In this document: piece after piece, positions 7,771 to 16,543 of the stretch | How positions within the stretch are numbered: position 1 is the stretch's first letter | Layout: each line of letters begins with the position of its first letter | NCBI GenBank assembly: GCA_043800705.1 | Contig: JAZDMS010000005.1 | Location: 1 to 31,430, forward strand | Length of the DNA stretch: 31,430 nucleotides | From: Candidatus Altiarchaeota archaeon | Lineage (GTDB): Archaea; Altiarchaeota; Altiarchaeia; IMC4; SCGC-AAA252-I15 | Reading direction: 5' to 3' | Position numbers and translations under genes: made by a program | Notes under the pieces: model-generated | Databases searched by the model: none | What the model was told of the DNA's origin: nothing | Seen by the model: the letters and a program-made list of their open reading frames with translations, nothing else

Positions 7771-8426
7771 TATAACTCGACCTGCGGTTTGTCCTTGCCT
7801 ATGACGAAAACGTATTCTGTGAGCGTCTGGGTGTCGTCGATGGTGGTCAGAGATGCCCTAGCGGCTGTTCCGGGGGTTATTTCCTTTATTTGTCCCTGCT
7901 TGCCGCGGTGCCTTCCGGAAACGACGACGGCTGCGCAACCTTTCCCATATGGCAGTATGTCCCTTATTTTTCTGCTGGGGATCTCGACTACGACAGTTTC
8001 GCCGACGGACACCTTTTTGTCGGTCAACAGCGCTACCCCGTCATGCAATGAGATCTGCACAGCCCCCTTCGCAAGGAGCCTCTTCCCTATGACGCGGCAC
8101 AGCTTGACCTTTACGTCCTTATCGGAGACTTCCTTTAGCTCGAGGCCGTTCTTCCCCGGAACGATCCTCACGCTCTTTTTCATCATCGGTATCGAGACGA
8201 CATCCATCAGGCCTGCGCCGTAGTTCTGGTCCTTCCTGATCACGCCGTCAACCAATATGTTGCCTCTGACGACGATGGATTTTGCTTCGCGGCTGTTGTC
8301 GGCAAAGCCGAGTTCCTTGAGTATGCTGGTCAGCGTCTTGCAGGAGTCCTTCCGGTGAGGTCCCTTGGGTGTCGCCGTCCACTTGATCCCCTTCTGCCCG
8401 CCTGACGCGATCCTCTTTGTGTGCAT
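7770..8426 (-). CDS. rps4e: 30S ribosomal protein eS4
   Basis: GPH, VDGVIRKD..YGAGLMDV, GRHRG, T..EYVFVIG; syntenic position. Confidence 0.95.
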   Translation of the reverse strand: MHTKRIASGGQKGIKWTATPKGPHRKDSCKTLTSILKELGFADNSREAKSIVVRGNILVDGVIRKDQNYGAGLMDVVSIPMMKKSVRIVPGKNGLELKEVSDKDVKVKLCRVIGKRLLAKGAVQISLHDGVALLTDKKVSVGETVVVEIPSRKIRDILPYGKGCAAVVVSGRHRGKQGQIKEITPGTAARASLTTIDDTQTLTEYVFVIGKDKPQVEL

Positions 8427-8800
8427 TATTTATCCTCCGTCTTCTTCGACAGGAGCGCCCTGCGCTTCTTGTCCTCTTCGTGTACCGCCGTTAACATGAC
8501 GTTCGACGGGTGCATCGGCCTCTCGACCTCTGTTCCGTCGGATTTCTTGGCCGTGACGCCGTTGACGTATATCTTGTATTTTTTCATGTCGACTGACATG
8601 ATTTCTCCGGAGTGCCCCTTGAAGGAGCCGCGCATTATCTTGACTGTGTCGCCTTTTCTGACAGGGAAGCTTCCGCGCTTGTATTTCTCCTTCAGCTCCT
8701 TGCTGAACGTCGCGGACATGAGCTTGTGCCTTGAGTGAAGCGGGGCGTTTGCGAGCCACTTCCTCTGCTTCCTCGGCTGTTGTGACGTGGGTTTTTTCAT
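8426..8800 (-). CDS. rpl24: 50S ribosomal protein uL24
   Basis: SQQPRKQRK, APLH, VRKGDTVKIMRG, HPSNV. Confidence 0.97.
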   Translation of the reverse strand: MKKPTSQQPRKQRKWLANAPLHSRHKLMSATFSKELKEKYKRGSFPVRKGDTVKIMRGSFKGHSGEIMSVDMKKYKIYVNGVTAKKSDGTEVERPMHPSNVMLTAVHEEDKKRRALLSKKTEDK

Positions 8801-8802
8801 GT

Positions 8803-9243
8803 TTACACCACTATGCTCGATATTGATCCTATTTTGCCCCAGCGTTCCGTGGCTTCTCTGGCGACTGGGCCCTTTATCTCAGTCCCTTTCGGCATCCCTT
8901 CCTCGCTGACGAGGATGGCTGCGTTGTCTTCGAACGATATCCTTGAGCCGTTCGCCCTGCGATACGGCATCTTCTGCCGGATTATGACAGCGTGCACGAC
9001 CTGTTTGCGGATGTCAGGCCTGCCCTTCTTCACGGAGGCTATGACCAGGTCGCCGACGCCCGCGCACGGCATCCTGTTTCTGACGCCCTTGTATCCCTTG
9101 ACTGCGATGATCTCGATGAGTTTCGCGCCCGTGTTGTCGGCGCAGATAAGCCTGCCGCTTGTCGTCATAGCGCGCGTCACGTTGGCTGAGACGGCCTTGC
9201 CCAGGGGGAGGTTCTTCGGCATGCCGCCCAGGGGTTTAGCCAT
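8803..9243 (-). CDS. rpl14: 50S ribosomal protein uL14
   Basis: [31 protein letters not shown]. Confidence 0.97.
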   Translation of the reverse strand: MAKPLGGMPKNLPLGKAVSANVTRAMTTSGRLICADNTGAKLIEIIAVKGYKGVRNRMPCAGVGDLVIASVKKGRPDIRKQVVHAVIIRQKMPYRRANGSRISFEDNAAILVSEEGMPKGTEIKGPVAREATERWGKIGSISSIVV

Positions 9244-9631
9244 TGTGCGCCTCCTTTGTCTTGCCCGGTTTCTTCAGCGTAGCCTTCTTCTTCGCGTCGG
9301 ACTTCTTGTGTGTCTCCGTGGATTCGGCCTTTTCCTCGGGCTTATCGCCTGTGAGCTTTTCGATGATGACGAAACTGACGGTTCTTGCGAGCTTTCGGCA
9401 TTCCATGATCCGAACGGTGTCGCCGGCCTTCGCGCCGATGCACGGCGGGCTGTGGGCGGGTATCCTGGACCTGCTTCTCTTGTATCGGTCGAATTTCTTG
9501 ACCTTTATCATCCGGTCTATCTGGACAATGGCCGTCCCCTGCATCTTGTCAGATGCGACTTTGCCCTCGAGGACCGTCCCCCTCGTGGAGAGGGTTCCGT
9601 GTTCCGGGCAGTTCCTGTCTTTGCATTCCAT
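9236..9631 (-). CDS. rps17: 30S ribosomal protein uS17 with Lys-rich C-tail
   Basis: [30 protein letters not shown]. Confidence 0.96.
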   Translation of the reverse strand: MECKDRNCPEHGTLSTRGTVLEGKVASDKMQGTAIVQIDRMIKVKKFDRYKRSRSRIPAHSPPCIGAKAGDTVRIMECRKLARTVSFVIIEKLTGDKPEEKAESTETHKKSDAKKKATLKKPGKTKEAHNG

Positions 9632-9633
9632 TT

Positions 9634-9903
9634 TTAAAACCTAATCCTGTGTTTTTTCTTTATCCTGTCTTCGGGCCTGCCTTCGATGAGCCTGCCTTCG
9701 ACTTCGACGACCGCGTCGCCTGGCAGCTTGAACTCCAGCATTACGGAGTCCTTCACCGCCTTTTCGACCCCCGTCTGGGTCTTGATCCTTAAGGTCTTCG
9801 CCGTCTCGTCGTCCACGACGCCTTCGACGGTCTTTTTGCCTGATTGGGCCTTCACTCCCAACCCCACCAGCTCGTGCCGGAGTATGTTGTACGGGGTTAT
9901 CAT
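9634..9903 (-). CDS. rnp1: Ribonuclease P protein component 1 (Rpp29/Pop4)
   Basis: ITPYNILRHELVGL, GVVDDET, GRPEDRIKK; syntenic position. Confidence 0.93.
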   Translation of the reverse strand: MITPYNILRHELVGLGVKAQSGKKTVEGVVDDETAKTLRIKTQTGVEKAVKDSVMLEFKLPGDAVVEVEGRLIEGRPEDRIKKKHRIRF

Positions 9904-9934
9904 GGTTGAGAGAAGGGCCTCAAACAGCTTTTTT

Positions 9935-10231
9935 TTATGCCACGTCTATCATGCTCTCCGAGAAGCCCATCGAGATCAAGGCGCCCTTCACCTTTTTCAC
10001 GTGGTTTCCCTGGAGTTCGATGACGTTTTTCTTCGACGTGCCGCCGCAAGCCATCCGGGTCTTCAAGTCCTTCGCGACCTTGTCGACGTCCACGTTTTCG
10101 AATCCTTCTATGACCGTGACGAATTTGCCGTATCTGCGCTTGTCGCCGCGAACCCTTATCTTCTGACCCACACGGGTCATCTCGTCGCAGACGCATAGTT
10201 CCTGTGGGAGACCGCACTTGGGGCAATTCAT
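9935..10231 (-). CDS. Translation initiation factor aIF1 (SUI1)
   Basis: CPKCGLPQELCVC, RRYGKFVT, LK..MACGGT, IELQGNH. Confidence 0.95.
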   Translation of the reverse strand: MNCPKCGLPQELCVCDEMTRVGQKIRVRGDKRRYGKFVTVIEGFENVDVDKVAKDLKTRMACGGTSKKNVIELQGNHVKKVKGALISMGFSESMIDVA

Positions 10232-10470
10232 TTCTTACCTGCTACCTTGCCCTTGGTTTGGTTTGTTCCTGCCTTGGTTCTTTGCGTCTTTTGGGTCTTT
10301 ATGCGCGCGATCGTGCGCCTAATTTCCCTGGCCTTCCCGACTTCCTCCGGGATTCCCCCGGAAGCCAGGACGCCGCGTATCTTCATCAGCTCCTTTCGAA
10401 GCTGAATCAAACGCTCATCCATCTCAGAGTCATCCATGCCCTGTATTTCACTTGAACGTATTATTGCCAT
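10228..10470 (-). CDS. rpl29: 50S ribosomal protein uL29
   Basis: MAIIRSSEI, ASGG.PE..G, EIRRTIARIKT. Confidence 0.95.
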   Translation of the reverse strand: MAIIRSSEIQGMDDSEMDERLIQLRKELMKIRGVLASGGIPEEVGKAREIRRTIARIKTQKTQRTKAGTNQTKGKVAGKK

Positions 10471-10504
10471 TTTAAAAGGTTTATATTATACTGAGTTGTG
10501 ATAT

Positions 10505-11251
10505 TTAAGCGTTTTCCTGGGCCGCCGGCGCCTCTTCCGCCTTTGGATCCTCTTTTTTCGTTTCCGCCTCCGGTTCCTGGGCCAGAACATCCTTCTTCTT
10601 CCTCGGTGCCCGCTTCTTCTTCGGGGTTTCCTCGACTTCAGGCGCGTCTATGACGCCTTCCAGGACGTTCAGGTCGTCCGGAAACTTGGTGTTCGGAGGC
10701 ACGATCTTGACAGTCACACCGATGACGCCCGCCTTCAGATAGGCCTGTGTCGAGCCGATCCTTACGAGTTTTACGCTGTCTCCGGAGTTCTTCATGTAGC
10801 CTTCCGCATATTTTTCCTGCCTGGAGCGGCCTCCCTTGCCCACTATCTTGCCCCGCAGAATCACTTCGACGCCCATTGCGCCCGATGACATGACAGCCCT
10901 GACGGCCTTGTATGCGATCCTTCTGCGGTTCATGTTCCGCTCGAGGGCTACTGCGATCCTTCTTGCGATTATGTTCGAGTCGAGCGTCGGCTGCTCGATC
11001 TTCTGCACGTCGATCGAGGGGTTCTCGATGCCGAATTTCTCCTTAAGGAACGTGGTAAGGGTGTTTATCCTCTTCCCCTTCTTTCCGATGACGATCGGCG
11101 GCTTCTCGACGTAGAGTATGACCCTCGTCGTAAGCGGCGTCTTCTGGATGCTTATCCCGCTGTATCCCGCCCTGTTGAGTTCGCTCTTGAGGAAACTCTC
11201 TATCTCGCTGCGTATGACGCCTTCCTGTATGAAATGCCTCTCAATCGCCAT
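10505..11251 (-). CDS. rps3: 30S ribosomal protein uS3
   Basis: True start is the ATG at 11251 (MAIERHF). RAGYSG, KH domain VIGKKG, GAMGVEV..GK, GVIGVTVKI. Confidence 0.96.
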   Translation of the reverse strand: MAIERHFIQEGVIRSEIESFLKSELNRAGYSGISIQKTPLTTRVILYVEKPPIVIGKKGKRINTLTTFLKEKFGIENPSIDVQKIEQPTLDSNIIARRIAVALERNMNRRRIAYKAVRAVMSSGAMGVEVILRGKIVGKGGRSRQEKYAEGYMKNSGDSVKLVRIGSTQAYLKAGVIGVTVKIVPPNTKFPDDLNVLEGVIDAPEVEETPKKKRAPRKKKDVLAQEPEAETKKEDPKAEEAPAAQENA

Positions 11252-11252
11252 C

Positions 11253-11696
11253 TTAAATCTCCTTCCCCACCAGCTGCAGGTGGCAGTATTCCGACTCCCA
11301 GGTCGTCCACCTACCCTTAGGCTTCCTCCTGGGCCTGCAAATGCCAAGCAATGCCTGCGAGTGGATTATCTTTACCTTCTCGGCGTCGTATCCCTTGAAT
11401 TCCGCGTTTGCCTGGAGGTTCTGGACCAGCTTCAGCGCATACTGGGATGCCTTCTTCGGGTATTTCCCGCACTTGAACTGGTTGCCTTGGCGGTGTCCGA
11501 TACCCTTGTTGAACCGCCGGTACGCTATCGGGCTTTTCAGCGCGATCGCGCCCTCCAGGATCGTAATAGCCTTCGGAATGGTCTTGCCCCTTATGTTCTC
11601 CGCTATCATGATCATGTCCTTGAACGACACGTTCATGTCTCGGCCCATCGCCTTCACGGCCTTCTCGTCCGGTTTTATGGAATACTTCAACTGCAT
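11253..11696 (-). CDS. rpl22: 50S ribosomal protein uL22
   Basis: Start at ATG 11696 (MQLKYS). VSFKD, GHR, GKYPKKA, NAEFKG. Confidence 0.95.
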   Translation of the reverse strand: MQLKYSIKPDEKAVKAMGRDMNVSFKDMIMIAENIRGKTIPKAITILEGAIALKSPIAYRRFNKGIGHRQGNQFKCGKYPKKASQYALKLVQNLQANAEFKGYDAEKVKIIHSQALLGICRPRRKPKGRWTTWESEYCHLQLVGKEI

Positions 11697-11700
11697 TTTA

Positions 11701-12102
11701 CTATTTGATCGGTACGAACAACGACGACCTGGTCGCTCCAACGCCCGGGGCGCTGTGCTTCACCGGCCTGCGGCAGTATGTGAACTCCGCGAGGTAGTGC
11801 CCTATCATCTCGGTGTTGACCTCGAATTCTGTGTACTCCTTCCCGTTGTACACAGCGAACCTCAATCCGACGAACTCCGGCAGGATGACCATGTCCCTGA
11901 CGTGCGTCCTTATAGGCTTCTTCTGGGGCATCGCCGCCCTGGCCTTCCGGACCCTGTCCAGAAGCGTCTCCTGCTGGTCTGTGAGGCCCCTCTTTAGGGT
12001 CCTTCTAGCCCTCGCTGTGAGGATCCGCATCACCTCTTCCTCGCTCATCTTCTGGAGTTCCTCGGCGGTGTGGCCCCTGTAAGTCAATTCCCTCTTTGCC
12101 AT
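11701..12102 (-). CDS. rps19: 30S ribosomal protein uS19
   Basis: YRG, ARARRTLKRG, IRTHVRDMVILPE, MIGHYLAEF, PGVGATRSS. Confidence 0.97.
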   Translation of the reverse strand: MAKRELTYRGHTAEELQKMSEEEVMRILTARARRTLKRGLTDQQETLLDRVRKARAAMPQKKPIRTHVRDMVILPEFVGLRFAVYNGKEYTEFEVNTEMIGHYLAEFTYCRRPVKHSAPGVGATRSSLFVPIK

Positions 12103-12106
12103 GTCA

Positions 12107-12832
12107 TCACTTCTTCTTCAAGCCAGTCCTTCTGGCTGCGATATGCCCGACCTTCCTTCCAGGCGGCGCATTCCTCGATACCGTCGTCGGCCGCCCGACG
12201 TGCGGGTGCCTGCCTCCTCCGTGCTTGTGGTCGACTGCGTTCTTCGCGCGCCCGACGACCACCGGCCACAGCTTCCCGCGGTGTCTGAACCGGTAGAAGG
12301 CCTGGCCTGCGTGAAGCTGCGGCTTGTCGGTCCTGCCTGCTGCCGCCACCCGCCCTACGGTCGCGAGCGACCTGCTTGGGATAAGCGCCGTCTTCTTCGA
12401 AGGCAATTTTATCTGAGTCTTCCCCGACGCCTTGTCGTGGGCGACTATGAGCGCTGATGTTCCCGCCGTCCTTACGGACTTTCCTCCGTCCCCTGGCCTG
12501 ATCTCCACGCTGAAGACTTCCGTTCCAGGGAGGATCTTTTCCAGCGGCAGGACGTTCCCCGAGACCGACTTGGCTTCGGCTCCGAGCTCGATCATCTGAC
12601 CGATGCTCAAACCCTCTGCCGCGATGAGCTGTGTGGTCGTGAAATTGTCCAAAAGGATCCTCGCCAAGGGGGCGGTCCTGCCTGGGTCGTCGACTAGTTC
12701 GACGATCTGGCCCGCGACCTTCCCCGAGTAGTCCATCCTCGGATAGAAGACGTCTCCCTTGAATCTGTGAGACGGAGAGCGGTACCTCGGAGTGCCCCTG
12801 CCCCGCCTTTGTGGAATGTTGCGGTTCGGCAT
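12107..12832 (-). CDS. rpl2: 50S ribosomal protein uL2
   Basis: QRRGRG, DPGRTAPLA, RPGDGGK, NAVDH.HGGG, APPGRKVGHIAARRTG. Confidence 0.97.
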   Translation of the reverse strand: MPNRNIPQRRGRGTPRYRSPSHRFKGDVFYPRMDYSGKVAGQIVELVDDPGRTAPLARILLDNFTTTQLIAAEGLSIGQMIELGAEAKSVSGNVLPLEKILPGTEVFSVEIRPGDGGKSVRTAGTSALIVAHDKASGKTQIKLPSKKTALIPSRSLATVGRVAAAGRTDKPQLHAGQAFYRFRHRGKLWPVVVGRAKNAVDHKHGGGRHPHVGRPTTVSRNAPPGRKVGHIAARRTGLKKK

Positions 12833-12836
12833 TTTT

Positions 12837-13097
12837 TTATATTACCCCCATGTGCGAGGCGACTTCGTCCGCGCTGTGCTTCTTGTCGAGCCTGATGTGG
12901 GCCTTCTTGGTCCCGTTCTGCGTGTGCAATACTCTGACTCCGAGTACTTCGACGTTAAACAGCTTCTTCGCAGCCTCCCGGATCTCCTTCTTGGAAGCAT
13001 CCTTGGCAACGATGAATGTGAGCGTGTTCTCCTTCTCCCTGAGCATCGTCGCCTTCTCGCCCATCAGCGGATACAGGAGCACATCATGAGGTTCCAT
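12837..13097 (-). CDS. rpl23: 50S ribosomal protein uL23
   Basis: YP..EKA, ENTLTFIV, LFNVEV, KKA.IRL. Confidence 0.95.
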   Translation of the reverse strand: MEPHDVLLYPLMGEKATMLREKENTLTFIVAKDASKKEIREAAKKLFNVEVLGVRVLHTQNGTKKAHIRLDKKHSADEVASHMGVI

Positions 13098-13098
13098 A

Positions 13099-13824
13099 TT
13101 ACTTCACACCCTTGAGCGCCGATTCGCTCCATAAAGTCAGCCTGCCCGCATGCGTGCCGGGGGCCAATGATCCCATGTCCAGGTCGTCCAGCGTCGCTAC
13201 ATCGACTCCGTCGAGCCCTCCCGCAGCCTTCAATATGCCGCCGTCCTCTGCGACAACTATCAGAACCTTCTTTTTCTTCTTCGAGTCCATCTCATCGCCT
13301 AGTCCGATCGCCTTCAAGGCCTTAACGACCTCCGATGTCTTCTTTAGGCCCTGAAACTTATCCTCCACGACAATGGGGAGTTCCGCGCCCTTGAATATGT
13401 GGCTCCTTGCCTCGACCAGCTCCTTGCTGGCGGTCGCCGCGATTGCAGAGAACAATGCAAGCTTCCATTCCTTGCGGTTTATCTTGCGGCTGTAGTCCTT
13501 GCCCTTCGGCGGGTGGGCCCTGCGTCCGCCCTTCGTCTGCGGGAGCCTTATGACCCTGCCGAGCCCTCCGCCGCCGGTCTTTAACCTCGGCAGCCGGCTG
13601 TTTCCTTTGTTGATGGTCTGGCGAAACCTGTTCTGCCTTGATCCGAAATAGTCGCCGGACGTCCTGAGACCGGCTTCCGGGTCTGTGGAATACGGCTGCC
13701 TCATCGCAGCCTGCTCCGCGATGACGGTCCTCTGGATGAGGTCGGGCCGGTAGGGGGTCGAGAAAGCCTTCGGCAGCTCCACCTTCCCCTTCACCTTTCC
13801 GTCCAGCGAGTATACGTTCACCAT
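13099..13824 (-). CDS. rpl4: 50S ribosomal protein uL4
   Basis: RPDLI, QPY..DP.AG.RTS, GGRRAHPPK, LAPGTHAGRLTLWSESA. Start is ATG 13824 or GTG 13833. Confidence 0.96.
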   Translation of the reverse strand: MVNVYSLDGKVKGKVELPKAFSTPYRPDLIQRTVIAEQAAMRQPYSTDPEAGLRTSGDYFGSRQNRFRQTINKGNSRLPRLKTGGGGLGRVIRLPQTKGGRRAHPPKGKDYSRKINRKEWKLALFSAIAATASKELVEARSHIFKGAELPIVVEDKFQGLKKTSEVVKALKAIGLGDEMDSKKKKKVLIVVAEDGGILKAAGGLDGVDVATLDDLDMGSLAPGTHAGRLTLWSESALKGVK

Positions 13825-13825
13825 C

Positions 13826-14812
13826 TTATGCACCCTGCTTCGAAGACAGGTCTATGTGCTTCAAAGTCAGATTGACCGCCTTGTGTTCCCTCCGCGGGAA
13901 CGTGAGCCTTATTATGCGCTTGGCAGGTCCTGGGACGCTGCCGTAGAGCATTATGTAATCGTTCTTGACCGGACCGTAGTGCAGGAATCCTCCGGCTGGC
14001 GAGACTTCCGCGCCGTTGTTTCCGACCTTCAGGACCAGCTTGTTGTATTCAGTCCTTGTGTGGTATCCGATCTGGCCGGGCAGCGGCTCCACCCACAATT
14101 TGTGGGCCGGGTGCCAGCTTCCGCCGGTTCCGGGGTGCCTGCGCTTCCCCGTAGCCTTCGAGGGCTGCTTCCTGACGCCGTACCTCTTGATGACGCCGCC
14201 GAAACCCTTGCCCTTGGTGACGGAGATGACGTCGATGAAAGACTTCTCCTTGAATATGTCCTTTATCGAGACCTCCTTTCCCAGGACCTCCTTCGCGTGG
14301 GCGAGCTTCTCATGGATGGATCCGCTCAAGGCTAGTTCGGTGATGTCCGGGATCTTCTGGGGGGCATGAGTCAAGACGGGCTGAGTGCATGCTATCAGGC
14401 GGACGTCGGAGCAGTCGCCAATCGCCTTCTCCACGTCTGCAATCCTCTTGATGGATTCCGGCTTCTTCGGAACTGAAGCCCTCCTGCCGACATCCTTCTC
14501 GGGCGTCTCGCACCATATGTCCGTGAAAGCTTCGGTGCCGCCGTAGCCCTTCTTGTAAATCCTGACTCCGACTACCTTCATGGGCGGTGCCTCTATGATA
14601 GTGACTGGGACGAAAATCTCAGAACCCGATGAAACAGAACCCTTATTCTCATCCAACGCGATGCAGTGGGTCATGCCCGCCTTATAGCCTGTAAATCCGA
14701 GAATCTTCGAGTCGCCGCTTGGCCAAGAATTCACTCTCGGCTTCTCCTGTCTCGCCCGCTTCAACGGACGATACGCCCTAGAGCCCGCAATGGGCTTGTT
14801 ACGTTTTGCCAT
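13826..14812 (-). CDS. rpl3: 50S ribosomal protein uL3
   Basis: GFTGYKAGMTH, VPVTIIEAPP, VTKGKGF.G..KR, GQ.GYH.RTEYNK, GSVPGP.KR. Confidence 0.97.
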   Translation of the reverse strand: MAKRNKPIAGSRAYRPLKRARQEKPRVNSWPSGDSKILGFTGYKAGMTHCIALDENKGSVSSGSEIFVPVTIIEAPPMKVVGVRIYKKGYGGTEAFTDIWCETPEKDVGRRASVPKKPESIKRIADVEKAIGDCSDVRLIACTQPVLTHAPQKIPDITELALSGSIHEKLAHAKEVLGKEVSIKDIFKEKSFIDVISVTKGKGFGGVIKRYGVRKQPSKATGKRRHPGTGGSWHPAHKLWVEPLPGQIGYHTRTEYNKLVLKVGNNGAEVSPAGGFLHYGPVKNDYIMLYGSVPGPAKRIIRLTFPRREHKAVNLTLKHIDLSSKQGA

Positions 14813-14911
14813 AGGCCTTCTTAAAATGGACAGCTTACGCCAGACGAATCTGACAGGCCGTCAGAAAAGCATGGCAGTCTCGAAAAACTGCTCTTAAATA
14901 TAGCCACTTCG

Positions 14912-14920
14912 CATATAAAA
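14912..14920 (-). promoter_or_regulatory. TATA-like box for the ribosomal superoperon
   Basis: TTTTATATG ~100 nt before the uL3 ATG. A second candidate, TATATTTAAG, lies at 14893-14902. Confidence 0.5.
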
Positions 14921-14986
14921 ACGAGATATAACCCGCGACCCAGAACGCAGAAACCCCTATTATATATTCACTGCAAAAATACATAC

Positions 14987-15400
14987 ATGAAACTGGCCGC
15001 AGCACTCCTGATTCTCACAGTAATCGTAATCGTGTACATGGCATATGGGGAATACGACGGTTACCGGAAGGCTGTTTCAGAGAAAAACCCGAAACTATGC
15101 GAAAAAATAGGCATACAACAGCTGAAGGACCCCTGCTTTAGCGAAGTGGCCATAGCGCTGATGAATTCGACATACTGCTCCAAGTCAAAAGACGAGGATG
15201 AGGCCAACAGATGCTTTGGGATCATCGAATCCAACGCGACCTTCTGCGAGAGGATAAAAGGCGAACCGGGAAGGGGCAGCTGCTACAACTACGTCGCCCT
15301 GCGTACGGGCGACTCAAGCCTCTGCGACAGGCTGACGGACAACAAGCAGATGATGTCCTGCAGGATGAAGGCGAGGACGAGGGAAAAACTCGGCGGATGA
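14987..15400 (+). CDS. Membrane-anchored/secreted Cys-repeat protein
   Basis: N-terminal hydrophobic segment, then repeated C-x2-(I/L)-x6-8-C helical units. TATA-like TTATATAT ~20-27 nt upstream. Confidence 0.75.
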   Translation: MKLAAALLILTVIVIVYMAYGEYDGYRKAVSEKNPKLCEKIGIQQLKDPCFSEVAIALMNSTYCSKSKDEDEANRCFGIIESNATFCERIKGEPGRGSCYNYVALRTGDSSLCDRLTDNKQMMSCRMKARTREKLGG

Positions 15401-15447
15401 AACCGGGGGGAATAAAAGCATCACGCCCAATCTCACAGAAACAGGGC

Positions 15448-16536
15448 CTAAAGCTTATACCGCAGTATCGCGACCTTGCCTTTGAACGTATTCCAGAGCT
15501 GGAACCCCTCCTCGAAGTCGTCGGAAAGTATCTCGATCTTGCCCCCCGACGAATGAACCCGCTCATAGAGGTTTTCCAGCTCGTCTTCGGGGAGATTCTC
15601 AGAAAGCAGGAGGACGTCGACTGCGTTGGCTGCCAGCGCCCGCTCAAGGTCCGGGCCGTACGCAATGGGGCCGTCATCTATCAGGCCCCGCATGAACCGC
15701 TGCATCCACACCTTCTGGCGGACCATCTCGACCTCCTTCAGGTCGTCTGCGCTGGCGTTGATAAGCTCCCTGATGCCCGACTCGTCGGTGTAGGTTGTGT
15801 CCTTCACCGCGATGATCTTCTTCCTCAGCTCATGGTGTATGTAATCCCCCTTGACGAAGTCCTCCTTCGTCGCAGCCGGACCCCCGATTATGAGGCCCCT
15901 GACCTCCTTGACGTTGGGGAGGAATATGTCGTTGACGGCATCCGCGATCCTCTTCTTCATGTTGTGGGACTCCTCCCTCAAAAGCCTCTCGAAACGGACC
16001 GCGGACTGCCCGCCCGCCCTGTGCTTGCCTCCGTAGTTAGATGTGATCTTCTTGTGTATCACGTAACGGTCCCCTTTCAGGGAAGCGATCGTAGCCATCC
16101 GGTTGTCGAGCGCAATGAGGCCGTAGACGTCCTTGTGGGCGATGAGGTCCTTCAGGGGGTCGAGTATGAACTGCTTGTCGCACCGGTAGAGGCGGATCGA
16201 AATGGGTTCCGGAGGCTCGATTCCCCAGACCTTGACGTCGGACTGGCCCGCCCGCTCCGCGACATTCCCCGAGAAGATGATGAGCCCGTTCTTCGGCGTC
16301 TGCTTATACAGGCGCAGGTGCTGGACCGCCCGCTCGAGGGCGTCGACGACGTTCTTCCTCGTAGACGTGCTCTTGATGTTCGACGCCGTCCCCTGCTCGT
16401 TGGACAGCTGGGTCATGACTTGGTTGATGTTGTAGCCTGCCGGGACGTACACCGACACCAGCTCCGTGTGGCTGCCTGAGACGTGCTCCAGCTCCCTTAT
16501 CAGCCTTTTGAGCCGATACTCGTCGTGAGAATCCAT
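15448..16536 (-). CDS. prf1: Peptide chain release factor aRF1
   Basis: TASNIKS, YRCDKQF and GGQSA motifs. Confidence 0.96.
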   Translation of the reverse strand: MDSHDEYRLKRLIRELEHVSGSHTELVSVYVPAGYNINQVMTQLSNEQGTASNIKSTSTRKNVVDALERAVQHLRLYKQTPKNGLIIFSGNVAERAGQSDVKVWGIEPPEPISIRLYRCDKQFILDPLKDLIAHKDVYGLIALDNRMATIASLKGDRYVIHKKITSNYGGKHRAGGQSAVRFERLLREESHNMKKRIADAVNDIFLPNVKEVRGLIIGGPAATKEDFVKGDYIHHELRKKIIAVKDTTYTDESGIRELINASADDLKEVEMVRQKVWMQRFMRGLIDDGPIAYGPDLERALAANAVDVLLLSENLPEDELENLYERVHSSGGKIEILSDDFEEGFQLWNTFKGKVAILRYKL

Positions 16537-16543
16537 TTTATAG

